Assembly (NCBI GenBank): GCA_044237545.1
Contig: JBIIFB010000002.1
Coordinates: forward strand, 1-56,940
Direction: 5' to 3'
Length of the DNA: 56,940 bases
From: Pirellulales bacterium
GTDB taxonomy: Bacteria; Planctomycetota; Planctomycetia; Pirellulales; UBA1268
This document shows positions 24,385-35,000 of this stretch, one piece after another (position 1 is the stretch's first letter; every line of letters begins with the position of its first letter). A program made the translations under genes and the position numbers. The notes under the pieces are model-generated. The model did not search any database. It was not told where the DNA came from and saw only the letters and a program-made list of their open reading frames with translations.

Positions 24385-25647
24385 ATGGCCACCATCACCA
24401 ATGCTTCCGCCACAACAGCCGCCGACCCCTGGTTTCAGGACCGCTTCGCCCAGCGCATTGGCGGGGCCGCCTATGGCAAGGGAAACGAGATCTATAAGTT
24501 CGAACTCATCAAGCGGGCCAAGCGCCAGGCCATCGCCGACCACCCCGAACGCCGGATGCTCGACTTCGGCATCGGCGAGAATGACGAGATGGCCCCCGAA
24601 AGTGTGCGGTCGGTGATGAAAAGGGAGGTCGATCGGCCGGAGAACCGGGGCTACGCCGACAACGGCATCGCGGTCTACAAGGAGGCGGTAGCGAAATTCA
24701 TGCAGCGGGAATTCGGGGTCACTCTCGATCCCGTGACCGAAGTCAACCACTGCATCGGCTCCAAGACTGCCTATGCGATGCTGCCCGCGGCGTTTATCGA
24801 TCCGGGCGACGTCACGCTGATGACGGTCCCCGGCTATCCCGTCGCGGGCACGGCGACCCGCTGGTTCGGTGGCGTCGTCCACAGACTGCCTCTGGTGCCG
24901 GAACATGACTTCTTTCCCGATCTGGCCGGCATTCCGGGCGACGTGCTGGCCCGTACGAAAATGCTCGTGCTCTGCTATCCCAACAGCCCCACCGGCAAGA
25001 CGGCCACCCGGGCCTTCTATGAACAGGTCGTCGACTTCGCCCACAAGCACCGGATCATCGTCGTGCAGGATGCCGCCCATGCCATGCTCTCCTACGACGA
25101 CGACCCGCTGTCGTTTCTGTCGGTCGACGGCGCAAAGGAGGTGGGCGTCGAGGTGCACTCGATGTCGAAGGGCTTCCACATGATCGGCTGGCGGCTCGGC
25201 TGGGTCTGCGGCCATGAAAAAATCGTGCGGGCCTTCGCCGACGTGAAGGACAACTGCGATTCGGGCCAGTTCATGGCGATCCAGAAGGCCGGAGCGGCGG
25301 CCCTGGGCGATCCCGAGATTCCCCGGCGGGTTCGGGAGAAGTATCGCCGTCGCCTGGAAAAACTCGTCGGTGTGCTGCGGGCCGTGGGCTTCGAATGCGA
25401 TATGCCAGGGGGCACCTACTTTCTGTATACGAAAAGCCCCACAGGGGCCGGCGACCGCGTCTTCACCACCGCACAGGATGCCAGCCAGTTCCTGATCCAT
25501 GACCTGTCGATCTCGACGGTGCCCTGGGATGATTGCGGCGCGTACCTGCGTTTTTCCGCGACCTACGAGGCCGACGACGAGTCTGCCGAAGACGACCTGA
25601 TGGCGGAGACCCATGCCCGACTGTCTCGGGCCCGCCTGAAATTCTGA
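24385..25647 (+). CDS. PLP-dependent class I aminotransferase, LL-diaminopimelate-aminotransferase-like
   Basis: The ATG at 24385 gives MATITNAS.... Supporting motifs are FGIGENDEMAP, CYPNSPTGK and the PLP-lysine context HSMSKGFHMIGWRLGW. From memory, the overall layout parallels proteins annotated as LL-DAP aminotransferase. Substrate is not proven. Confidence 0.8.
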   Translation: MATITNASATTAADPWFQDRFAQRIGGAAYGKGNEIYKFELIKRAKRQAIADHPERRMLDFGIGENDEMAPESVRSVMKREVDRPENRGYADNGIAVYKEAVAKFMQREFGVTLDPVTEVNHCIGSKTAYAMLPAAFIDPGDVTLMTVPGYPVAGTATRWFGGVVHRLPLVPEHDFFPDLAGIPGDVLARTKMLVLCYPNSPTGKTATRAFYEQVVDFAHKHRIIVVQDAAHAMLSYDDDPLSFLSVDGAKEVGVEVHSMSKGFHMIGWRLGWVCGHEKIVRAFADVKDNCDSGQFMAIQKAGAAALGDPEIPRRVREKYRRRLEKLVGVLRAVGFECDMPGGTYFLYTKSPTGAGDRVFTTAQDASQFLIHDLSISTVPWDDCGAYLRFSATYEADDESAEDDLMAETHARLSRARLKF

Positions 25648-25691
25648 CTTACATCCTGACCTTGCCCCCACTGCTCCCGGAGTTGCCTCCC

Positions 25692-26627
25692 ATGCCCCAG
25701 TCCACCTCGTCCAGAGCGTTTCTTCTCGTCCTCGTGGGGCTGGCGATGATCCTGCCCGCTGCGGGCTGCGGCACCAAGAAAAAAGCCACGCTCACGATCA
25801 AGCAGCGGCTGGAGAAAGCTGAGAAAGAAACCACGCCCGATCGGCAGGCGGCGGCACTCCTGAAGGTGGCCCGGTCGCAGTTCACGGCGAACGACGAGGC
25901 CGGTGCAAAGGAGACGGCCGTGAAGGCATTGGAGCGGCTGAAGGGGGAGGGCGACGCCAATGCGTTCGCCCCGCGTCTGGTCGACGTCGCCGGTTTTTGT
26001 GCCGAGATCGGTGAACACAAAACGGCCAAGGAGGCCCTGGGGGTGGCCTGCAGCCTCATCGATTCCATCACCGATCCCGTGCGGCAGGCCAAGCTCTTTG
26101 CCGATGCCGGCGCGACCTACAAGGCCAGCGTCGACTCGACAGCGGCGAAGGCAACCCTCAAGAAGGCCGCGGAGGCGGCAAGCAGCGCTGAGGAGCGATT
26201 TCGGGCCGAGGCCCTCGCGGCCGTGGCACTCGGATACACCCGCAGCGGGCTGGCGGATGCCGCCAGCGACGTAGCCGACCAACTCGAGGAAGCGGCTAAG
26301 ACCCTCGAGGAGCCACGGGCCAAGGCTGAGGCACTCGCGGCGGCGGCCGGCGTGCAGGCGCAGACTGGCAAGAAAAAAGAGGCTGCCAAACTCCTCGAGG
26401 ATGCGGAAGCAGCGGCCAAGAGCGTCGAACGCTCGGAAAGCCGTGCCTACGCCCTCCTGGCCGTCGCGATGGCCACGAGCGGCACCGGCGACACGAAGAA
26501 GGCGCTTGCATTGCTGAAAGAGGCCGACAAGGCGGCCGACAAGGTGGCCGAACCAGCCTCGCAGAAGAAGATCGTCGACAAGGTGCGTTCGACGATGGCC
26601 GATCTGGAGAAGAAGCTGAAGAAGTAG
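25692..26627 (+). CDS. Ala/Lys/Glu-rich helical-repeat lipoprotein
   Basis: The ATG at 25692 gives MPQSTSSRAFLLVLVGLAMILPAAGC, a signal peptide with a lipobox Cys. The rest is an alanine-rich TPR-like helical repeat. Confidence 0.7.
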   Translation: MPQSTSSRAFLLVLVGLAMILPAAGCGTKKKATLTIKQRLEKAEKETTPDRQAAALLKVARSQFTANDEAGAKETAVKALERLKGEGDANAFAPRLVDVAGFCAEIGEHKTAKEALGVACSLIDSITDPVRQAKLFADAGATYKASVDSTAAKATLKKAAEAASSAEERFRAEALAAVALGYTRSGLADAASDVADQLEEAAKTLEEPRAKAEALAAAAGVQAQTGKKKEAAKLLEDAEAAAKSVERSESRAYALLAVAMATSGTGDTKKALALLKEADKAADKVAEPASQKKIVDKVRSTMADLEKKLKK

Positions 26628-26630
26628 CCG

Positions 26631-28010
26631 CTATTTCCTGCCGGCCGACACGACCTTGAGCGCATCCAGCGCGAGCTTCCGCGCTTCTGCATGGTCGACG
26701 ATCGGCTCGGGATAGTCGCGGCCGAGCCCGGCCCACTGCCGAATGTAAGCCTGATCGGGATCAAACTTCTCCGCCTGACTCGTCGGATTGAAGATCCGGA
26801 AGTAGGGGGCTGCGTCCGCGCCGCAGCCCGCGGCCCATTGCCAGCCCAGCGTGTTGGCGGCCAGATCGGCGTCGACCAGGGTGTCCCAGAACCACCTCGC
26901 CCCCTCCAGCCACGTGATCCGCAGGTCTTTGACCAGGAAGCTCGCCACGATCATCCGCACCCGGTTATGCATCCAGCCGGTGGCATAGAGCTGCCGCATG
27001 CCCGCATCCACGATCGGGTAACCGGTCCGCCCCCGCTGCCAGGCGCGGAGGCCTACGGGATCGTTCGCCCAGGGAAATCTCGCGTAGTCGGCACGCAGCG
27101 GTGCGTCGGGCGTGTGCGGGAAGTGGTAGAGCAGGTGGTTGGCAAACTCCCGCCAGCCCAGTTCACGCAGGTAGACCTCGGGGCTGCCTGTGATTCGGGC
27201 AGCGGCCGTGCCGCCCACGGCTTCCCGAACGGCATGCCAGACCCGCCGGGGCGAGATCTCGCCGAAATGGAGGTGCGGACTCAGGCTGCTCGTGCCCTCG
27301 TGGTCGGGCCGGTCGCGTTCGGTGCCGTAGGACGCCACGCCCTTGGCGATGAAGGTCTTCAGTCTGTGGCGGGCACCTGCCTCGCCCGGCGTCCATGACG
27401 TTCGCATCGTGCCGGCCCAGTCGATCGGGGGCAGGAGTTGCAGGGCGTCGATGGTGAGCATTTTTCCCGACGGCTTCGACGTCGCCGCGGCGGCATGGAG
27501 TTTCCGTGGGGCCGCTCCCGGCCCGGCCGGTTCGTCGCGGGCCAGCAGCGACCGCCAGAACGGCGTGAAGACCTGGTAGGGCTTGCCCTCCTTCGTGGCG
27601 ACCTGCATCGGCTCGAACAGCAGGCTGCCGTTGAAGCTCTCGGCCACGAGTCCTTCGTCGGTCAGCGACTTCTTGATGACCGTGTCGCGTTTGATCACCG
27701 CCGGCTCATACCGTCGGTTCCAGGCGACATGTGTCGCGGAAAACTCGGCCGCCAAGCCACGCAATGCTTCCAGAGACGGCCCACGACGGATCACGAGCGG
27801 CGTACCGGCTTTTTCCAAGGCTGCCGATAGTTCGCCGAGTGAGTGGTGCAGCCACCACCGCGATGCGGCCCCAGGCTCCCAGGGCGATTCCTCCTCCGGC
27901 GCCCAGATGAACACGGGCACGATCGCTCCGCGGGCGGCTGCGGCCGCCAGGGCGGGATTATCGTCGAGCCGAAGATCGTGACGAAACCAGACGAGCGTGA
28001 CGGGGGCCAT
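26631..28010 (-). CDS. deoxyribodipyrimidine photolyase / cryptochrome family protein
   Basis: The N-terminus is LVWFRHDLRLDDNPAL. The FAD-binding C-terminus is TGYPIVDAGMRQL..TGWMHNRVRMIVASFL...LVDADLAANTLGWQWAAGCGADAAPYFRIFNP. Confidence 0.9.
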   Translation of the reverse strand: MAPVTLVWFRHDLRLDDNPALAAAAARGAIVPVFIWAPEEESPWEPGAASRWWLHHSLGELSAALEKAGTPLVIRRGPSLEALRGLAAEFSATHVAWNRRYEPAVIKRDTVIKKSLTDEGLVAESFNGSLLFEPMQVATKEGKPYQVFTPFWRSLLARDEPAGPGAAPRKLHAAAATSKPSGKMLTIDALQLLPPIDWAGTMRTSWTPGEAGARHRLKTFIAKGVASYGTERDRPDHEGTSSLSPHLHFGEISPRRVWHAVREAVGGTAAARITGSPEVYLRELGWREFANHLLYHFPHTPDAPLRADYARFPWANDPVGLRAWQRGRTGYPIVDAGMRQLYATGWMHNRVRMIVASFLVKDLRITWLEGARWFWDTLVDADLAANTLGWQWAAGCGADAAPYFRIFNPTSQAEKFDPDQAYIRQWAGLGRDYPEPIVDHAEARKLALDALKVVSAGRK

Positions 28011-28167
28011 CGTTTTTCCAGAGGGCTCGTTGCGAACGTTTCGGCGCTTCCCCGTGCTGGAAGCCCGTGCCGTGGGCCGTGATGGTACCCTTTTTCAATC
28101 AGCCCGACAGTCGAGCCCTCTATCACCCTGCCCGCCTCCGTTCCTCAGCCACCGAAGAAGGACATCG

Positions 28168-28830
28168 ATGCTCACGCTGCCAGACCTCCTGCTGCCGGCC
28201 GAACTTGCAGAGATCAACGCTTTAATGGATGTCGCGGAGTATGACGACGGCCGCACTACCGCTGGTGGAATGGCGATCGAAGTGAAGTCGAACAGGCAGG
28301 TATCGAGACGCTGGCCCAAGATCGCAGCACTTGACGCGATCCTCGAAACAGCGCTCCGCCGCAGCGGGCTCTTTCGCGAAGCGCTCTCGCCGAGCGGGTA
28401 TTCCCCGCCGATCTATTCGATGTATGGCGTCGGCGACGGGTATGGCCCGCACGTCGATGCGGTGATGAGCGGCATGCCTCCGATCCGGCAGGACATCTCG
28501 ATGACGATCTTCCTATCACCGCCGCAGAGCTATGCAGGCGGCGAGTTGTGCCTCCATCACTCCGGCGCGGAGAGACAGTCGATCAAGCTCGCTGCCGGCG
28601 GGGCCTTTGCCTATCCGACAACGGTGATCCACGAGGTGTTGCCGGTGACTACGGGCGAGCGGCGGGTGGCCGTGCTCTGGGTGCAGTCGTTCTTCCGCGA
28701 TGCGGAGATCCGCGAGATGGTGGCCGACCTGCGACGCTGCGTGGAGGCGGCCAAGCGGGTTCCCGGCGCCGATCCCCTGCCGATCTCGAAAGTGCTCGGC
28801 AACCTGGAGCGGAAGTTCATCGGCAGCTAG
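28168..28830 (+). CDS. Fe(II)/2-oxoglutarate-dependent dioxygenase, PKHD-type hydroxylase (PiuC/YbiX-like)
   Basis: The ATG at 28168 gives MLTLPDLLLPAELAEINALMD...DDGRTTAG. The HxD is at GPHVDAV. GGEL and the distal His at TVIHEVLPVT follow, then RVAVLWVQS. Confidence 0.75.
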   Translation: MLTLPDLLLPAELAEINALMDVAEYDDGRTTAGGMAIEVKSNRQVSRRWPKIAALDAILETALRRSGLFREALSPSGYSPPIYSMYGVGDGYGPHVDAVMSGMPPIRQDISMTIFLSPPQSYAGGELCLHHSGAERQSIKLAAGGAFAYPTTVIHEVLPVTTGERRVAVLWVQSFFRDAEIREMVADLRRCVEAAKRVPGADPLPISKVLGNLERKFIGS

Positions 28831-29085
28831 GCCGAAGTGAAGTTGGGACGTATGCCGGTCCCAAACGACCGCGTTATGCCCCGGCCGGGGGCGGCGTCAA
28901 ACCACGCGGGACGGTTGTCCGGTCTGGCTGGACAAATTCGACAAACCCAAAGATTGCGGCGTTAAAAAGGGCAAACTAGAGTAAGGGGCGAGTTCCCTCG
29001 CGTCATCCAGCGTCTACTGCAGTCCGCGCCTCGTGCGACGAGCGAGCCTTCTTCCCCTGCAGCCCCACACCCGGATCAGGTATCC

Positions 29086-32000
29086 ATGAAGTCTCGGTCT
29101 CACAGCATGCGTTCGAAACGGATCGCAATTCGTCGACAGTTGAGCTCAGGATTCGGCTCCGTCACCCTCTTCGAGATGCTCGAACGGCGGCATGCCCTCA
29201 CGGGACAGTCACTGCTTTCCGGGGCAGGACTCGGCCCGCTGTCGACCGTTGCGGCACAGGTCGCCCCAGTGGCGCTGCTTCCCAAGGTGCAGCTCTCGCA
29301 CTTCGGTCAGGACATTTCCTTCTCAGCCACGGTCGTCGGAGTGACCAGCATTCCTCTGAACAGCGGCGGAGCTGGTTACGACGCCAACAATGCACCGACG
29401 GTCACGATCAACGACCGAACCGGTACCGGAACTGGTGCAGCGGCAAGGGCCGTCATCGTCGATGGCGCCGTCACGGCGATCGCGGTCGGCACGCGGGGTT
29501 CCGGATACACCGTGGCACCGACCGTGACGATCACCGATCACGGCGGCAGCGGCTCGGGAGCGACAGCCGTCGCCGTACTCTCAGATGGCGCCATTACGGG
29601 TTACACCATCACTGATTGCGGTTTCGGCTACGTCGATCCGGTGGTGACCTTCTCCGTAGCGGGGACGTATGCGACACCGGCCACGCCCGGCGGCGTTACC
29701 AAGGCGGACGGCGTGATCCGTAGCATCACAATCGACGCGGGCGGCGGCGGTTACAACGCAACGACGCCGCCGACCGTGGCTCTGACTGGTGGCACCGCAC
29801 CGACGACGCCGGCTGTGCTCGGCACGGTCGTGGCGGCCGGCTACACCGTTCCAGACGAGCAGAAGTTCATCAACTGGGCCAATGACTATATCTCGTTCGT
29901 GACCAATACCGGCGTGAGCGTCTGCTACATCAACGTGGGCGACTACCGCGCCGACAACAAGCACAACTACGACTACCTGCGACCCGAGTATGGCAAAGAC
30001 GGCAAGACACCCTGGATCGTCACGCACTTTCTCGACAAATTGCCGGCGGGTGTCGAGGCCGGAGCCGTCGCCTACCTGAAGGATGCCTGGCATCTGTATG
30101 AGGAAACCAACAACCCCAACTACAACGGCAACACCCTGGCCACGGACGGCAAGACAGGCAGCCCTCCAAAGAATAATCTCTACCAGTCGTTCGAGCTGAT
30201 CAACGACATCAATGCCGCCCAACTCGCCGTAGGCGGCACGAAGTACCTGACACACTACCAAGCTGACGGGGAGGGCGCCGGCGCCTTTGAGGCCGACTCC
30301 TACTACGGCTTCGGCGGTGTGCCCGCCGCCGGCGCACCGTACAATCCCGCGAACAACCTGACGGCGGCCGGCGACTGGACCTGGACACCGGGACCTAACG
30401 GCACCGCCGGCACGAACGGTGGATGGCCGACTGCCGGCTACGGCTACATCAAGTGGCTGTTCAACCATTTCATGCCGGGCGTAAGCGAAGCGGATGTCGC
30501 GACCGGTGGTACGGCGTTGCCGCACACGGTCAGCAACGGCGTGCCCGATGTCGTCTATACGGATGCTGAGGCGGTGATTGGGGCCACTTGGTCGGCCAAT
30601 CCCTCAACCGCGAAGCCCTACCAGTTCGGCATCATCAAATACGCGCAGTCGTCTTGGCTGAACTACAGCCCAGGTCCGATGGTGGCATTCACGGAGAACT
30701 ATTGGTTCGGTGAAAATCACTATGTGCCAGGCCCTGGTTCGTCGATCATGCCCGACATTGCCGCCACTTCCAGCAGTCCGCTGCCCACGCTCAACCCGCC
30801 TACTGCCGGCAATTCCTTCCCGGACGGCAAACCACCGACCGTCATGTTCAACACGCCGAAGGATGCCTCGGGTAACGCCATCGGCACGGCCGCTACCGGG
30901 TATGCGCTCATGGGTACTGGGAGCATCGACGCCGCGGCGATCACCACGGGCAACGCGCTGTCGAACTTCTTCGGCGGTAATGGTGTGGGCAGTGGGTTTG
31001 GCACAGGCGCGTGGGTGGACGAAACCCAACAGGGAATCGGGTATCTGCAGGGCGATCTCGTGTGGTTCACCGCCCCAGGTGCCGGGGGCAGGGCCGCCTA
31101 CGGAATGATCAACACCACGACGGGAGACAAATACATTGGGGCACCCATTGCGGGAATCCTGATCCAGGACCCGGGCGAAGGCTACGTGACGGAGCCGACC
31201 GTGGATAAGATCACCCAAGCGGATGGCACGACGCCGTCGACCGGCAGCGGCGCCGTTATTCACCCCCTGCTGCTGGCGGCGAACGGGTATCCGCAGGCGG
31301 TGTTCCCCGAGGCTCCGGCCGGCGGCAGGACCGCGAAGGGTTATGTGACGGTTAGCCCCCAGAATTATCGCCCGGGAGCCATCACGGGCTTGACGATCAC
31401 CGATTACGGCGCTGGCTATGCCTTGAGCCCGAATGCCGCGAACCCCTCGACGCCGGGAAATCCGTTCGGTGGTCCTGGCGGGCTGGCCGTGGCGTTCCAG
31501 GGCGTCGCACCGCAGGCGCCCTACAACACCGGCATTTCGGGCGTGCCCACGGCGCCGACTTTCTACGCGCCGGTCACCTCCGCGACAGACAACATCGCCT
31601 CGATCGTGCTCACCAGCCTGGGCGATCACTACGTCTCGTCGCTGACCGACCTCAACCGGCCGTACTACACGCTCGGCGGCGACCCGACAAAGCATTATGT
31701 GGGCGAGGGTTCGATCAGCGTCGTGAATGTCACCGCTGCCGGTAGCGGATACACGAATGCGACGGTGACGATCGTGCCGGCCAATGGCGACACGGGATCG
31801 GGGGCCACCGCATCGGCGACTATCACGAGCGGCGGCCGGATCGCGGCCATCACGGTCACGAACCCGGGCACGGGCTACAAGGTCGTGCCGACGGTGAAGA
31901 TCATCGGCGACGGCACCGGTGCGACAGCCACGATCGGGCCGATGGCGGGCGTGAACCCGCTCTCCAGTGGCGCGTATGGATCGGTGCTGAATCTGGCCGG

Positions 32001-35000
32001 CTCGTTTGCGGTCGACTCGTCGGGCCGAAGCCTGCTGGCGGTCCTCGACCCCGGATCGGGGTACAGCGCGGGCGCGGTGGTGACCGATTCCAAGGGAACC
32101 CTCGTACCGCTCAGCGGTGCCGGGTATGACAGCTCGTCCTTCTATCCGGTGACGTTCACAGGGGGCGGCGTCTCCGATCCGTCTGATCAGGCGACGGGCT
32201 TCGCCAACGTCAATTCGGACGGGTTCGTGACCGGGATCACGATCACCAACCCGGGCACCGGGTACACGAGCGAGCCGACCGTGGCGATCCCCTCGCCCGG
32301 AGCAGGCAAAGGCATGGCTCAGGCCTACGCCACCGCCCACCTCCTCAATTTCCCGAAGGTCACGATTTCGGGTGGCACTCCCGCCGGCGGTACCGCCGCC
32401 TCGGCCTATGCGATCGTCGGTCCGGCCAATCCGAAGGAGGCCTCCTCCGCGAATCCGGACACCGGCTATGTCATCACGGGCGTAGGATTCAGGTACACGG
32501 GTCTGAAATACACCTCCGTCCCCTCGATCACGATCACGGGAGGCAGTAACCCGGACAGCACCGCGAGGATCAGTTCAGATCCGTCGCTGGTCACGAAGAC
32601 GAATGCCTATCTGCTCAAGACCATTGGCCAGGAATTCGGCGGCAGTTCGACGGGAACGGCGCCCGCTGGATGGAACGGCACCATTGAGGGCGGCGCCAAC
32701 GCGTTCAACTGGCTGATCCCCAGCGGGTATGGCCCTGGCCAGGTATCGGCAATCACTATTACCAACGGCGGCACGGGCTATACCCCGACCGAGGCGCCGA
32801 AGGTGACGTTTAATGCGCCGCCCCCTGGCGGCAGAGCCCCCAACGCCACGGCCGTCGTCACCAACGGCTCCGTCACCGGCATCACACTCACGGACCATGG
32901 GTACGGATACCATCCGACCCTCTATCCCGTGACGGTTACCATCGCTCCGCCGCCGACCGGCACTCCGGCCACGGCCGTGGTCACGCTCGGCGAACTGCAA
33001 ATCCTCAGCCCACAGGCCCAGCAAACCGCCTACAGCTACTACAGCGACTATCCGGCGGCACTGGCGGCGATGTTCAACAATCAGCGGTACCAAGACGTAC
33101 CGCTGCCGAAGCTCGACACGCTCTTCTACCAAGCCCTCGACATGCAGGTGGACTTCACTCAGAAGGCCTCTGTCGACGGGAATCAGACCGCCCAGCAGGC
33201 AATCGCGACATTCTCCATCGAGTCGCTGAATCGCTCGAACGTCGATGCCAACAACCAGATCGTGGCCACGTGCCTCGACGCGAAGTATTCCGATGCCTCG
33301 GCGCTCCGCCAGTTGAACACGCTAGGAGGCACGTTCGCGGGCCTCTCGTCACTCACCTATGAAAATTTCATCACGTTTCTCAACTCCTGTGCGGAGATCA
33401 TCGTGGCGGCGAAGCCTGCGGGCAGCACGATGACCGCCAGCGACGTGACGTTCCAGATCTACGACGCCGCGTTCCTGCCGCTCGAGTGGCTGGGCGGATT
33501 AAGCGCCAACCGCTGGTCGGACGTCAACGAAACCCCCGTCCTCATCGGCGGCGCTAGCAACTCCGTCCGTGAGAACGCATCCGCGGACACTGTCATCTAC
33601 CGGGCCGCCGCGACCGACATCGGTGCGACGGTCGCTGATCGGACCGTGACGTTCAGCATCAAGCCGGGCACCGGGGATGCCGCGAGCCTCGCGATCAATC
33701 CACGCACCGGGGAAGTCCGCCTGCTCGCCTCGGCGAATTACGAGGCCAAGAAGACGTATCAATTTATCGTGGTGGCGACCGACAGCGGCACGCCCGCCCT
33801 CTCGGCAGAGAAACTGGTCACGGTGAACGTGGCCGATGTCTTTGAACTGCCGGCACCGCCGCAGATCTCCGTGCCGGCGACGTTCCCCGTCGTCGAAGAC
33901 ACCCGGACGCCGCTGCTCTTCTCCGGCGTGCCGTTCACCGACGCCGATTCGTCGGTCGCCAAGACGATGAAGGTCACACTGCGGGTTCATGACGGCGTCA
34001 TCGCCGCACGCAGCGGGGCTGGAGTCACTGTGGCAGGATCAGCCACGGCACGGACTTTCACCGGGTCGCTCACGGCGCTCAACAACTATTTCACGGCCGT
34101 GCCGGGGCGGATCTCCTACACTGCGGCGGCCAATAACACGAGCAGCCGGCCGCTCACGATCACCCTCAGCGAGTCGCACGGCACGTTTCGGCACTCATCG
34201 ACCGCCTCCAGCATGATCGTCGTCGCCCCCGTCAACGATGCCCCCAGAGCCTGGGTGCCGACGGTGTTCCGTGTCACCGAGGACGTCGCCAGCAACCTCG
34301 TCTGGCCCGCCGCTCCCGCTGCTTTCACCGACATCGACTCGTCGCTCCTCACGGTCACGCTCGCCGTGGCCGACGGGACGCTGGCCGCGATCGGAACGCC
34401 GCTGGTCGCAGTGGGCGGCACGGCCACCAGCTTGACCCTTCGGGGCGCGCCGGCCGACCTGAACTTCTACGTTCGGCAGCCGGGCAACATCCAGTACACA
34501 TCCGCCTTGGACAACACCGCGCCGCGGGCGCTCACCGTAACAGCCTCGGATGGGCAGTTGCAGAGCGTAGTCGTAAGCAGGATCCTCATCCGGGCGATGA
34601 ACGACGCGCCCACGCAAAATGCTGCCTCGATCGTGATCGGTGCGGCCAAAAACAAGCCGTTCGTGATCAACCAGACGATGCTCAAGTCGGCGACCGCCGC
34701 GGCTGACGTCGATTCGAAGCGGATCGCGTTCATCGTCGATGGCGTGACCGCGGGCAAGGTCGAGAAGTGGAATGGCAAGGCATGGGCCGCGTTGGGGGCG
34801 GCAGCGCCGCACGCCGCCCGGATCGTCGCCGCCGGACAAAAACTCCGCTGGACCGCGCCGCAGAATGCCGTCGGTGCAACGGCGGCGTTCACCGTCAGCG
34901 CCTGGGACGGGCAGAAGGCGTCGGCGGTCTCGTCACAGGTCTGGGTGTCGATCGCGGCGCCGGATGACAACTCGCTCGTCTATTTCTTGGACGATACGAC

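Noticed and set aside
28842-28866. Hairpin after the 2OG dioxygenase stop as a terminator
   Set aside because: The stem is only about 7 bp, has a bulge and has no U-tract. The evidence is too weak to call.
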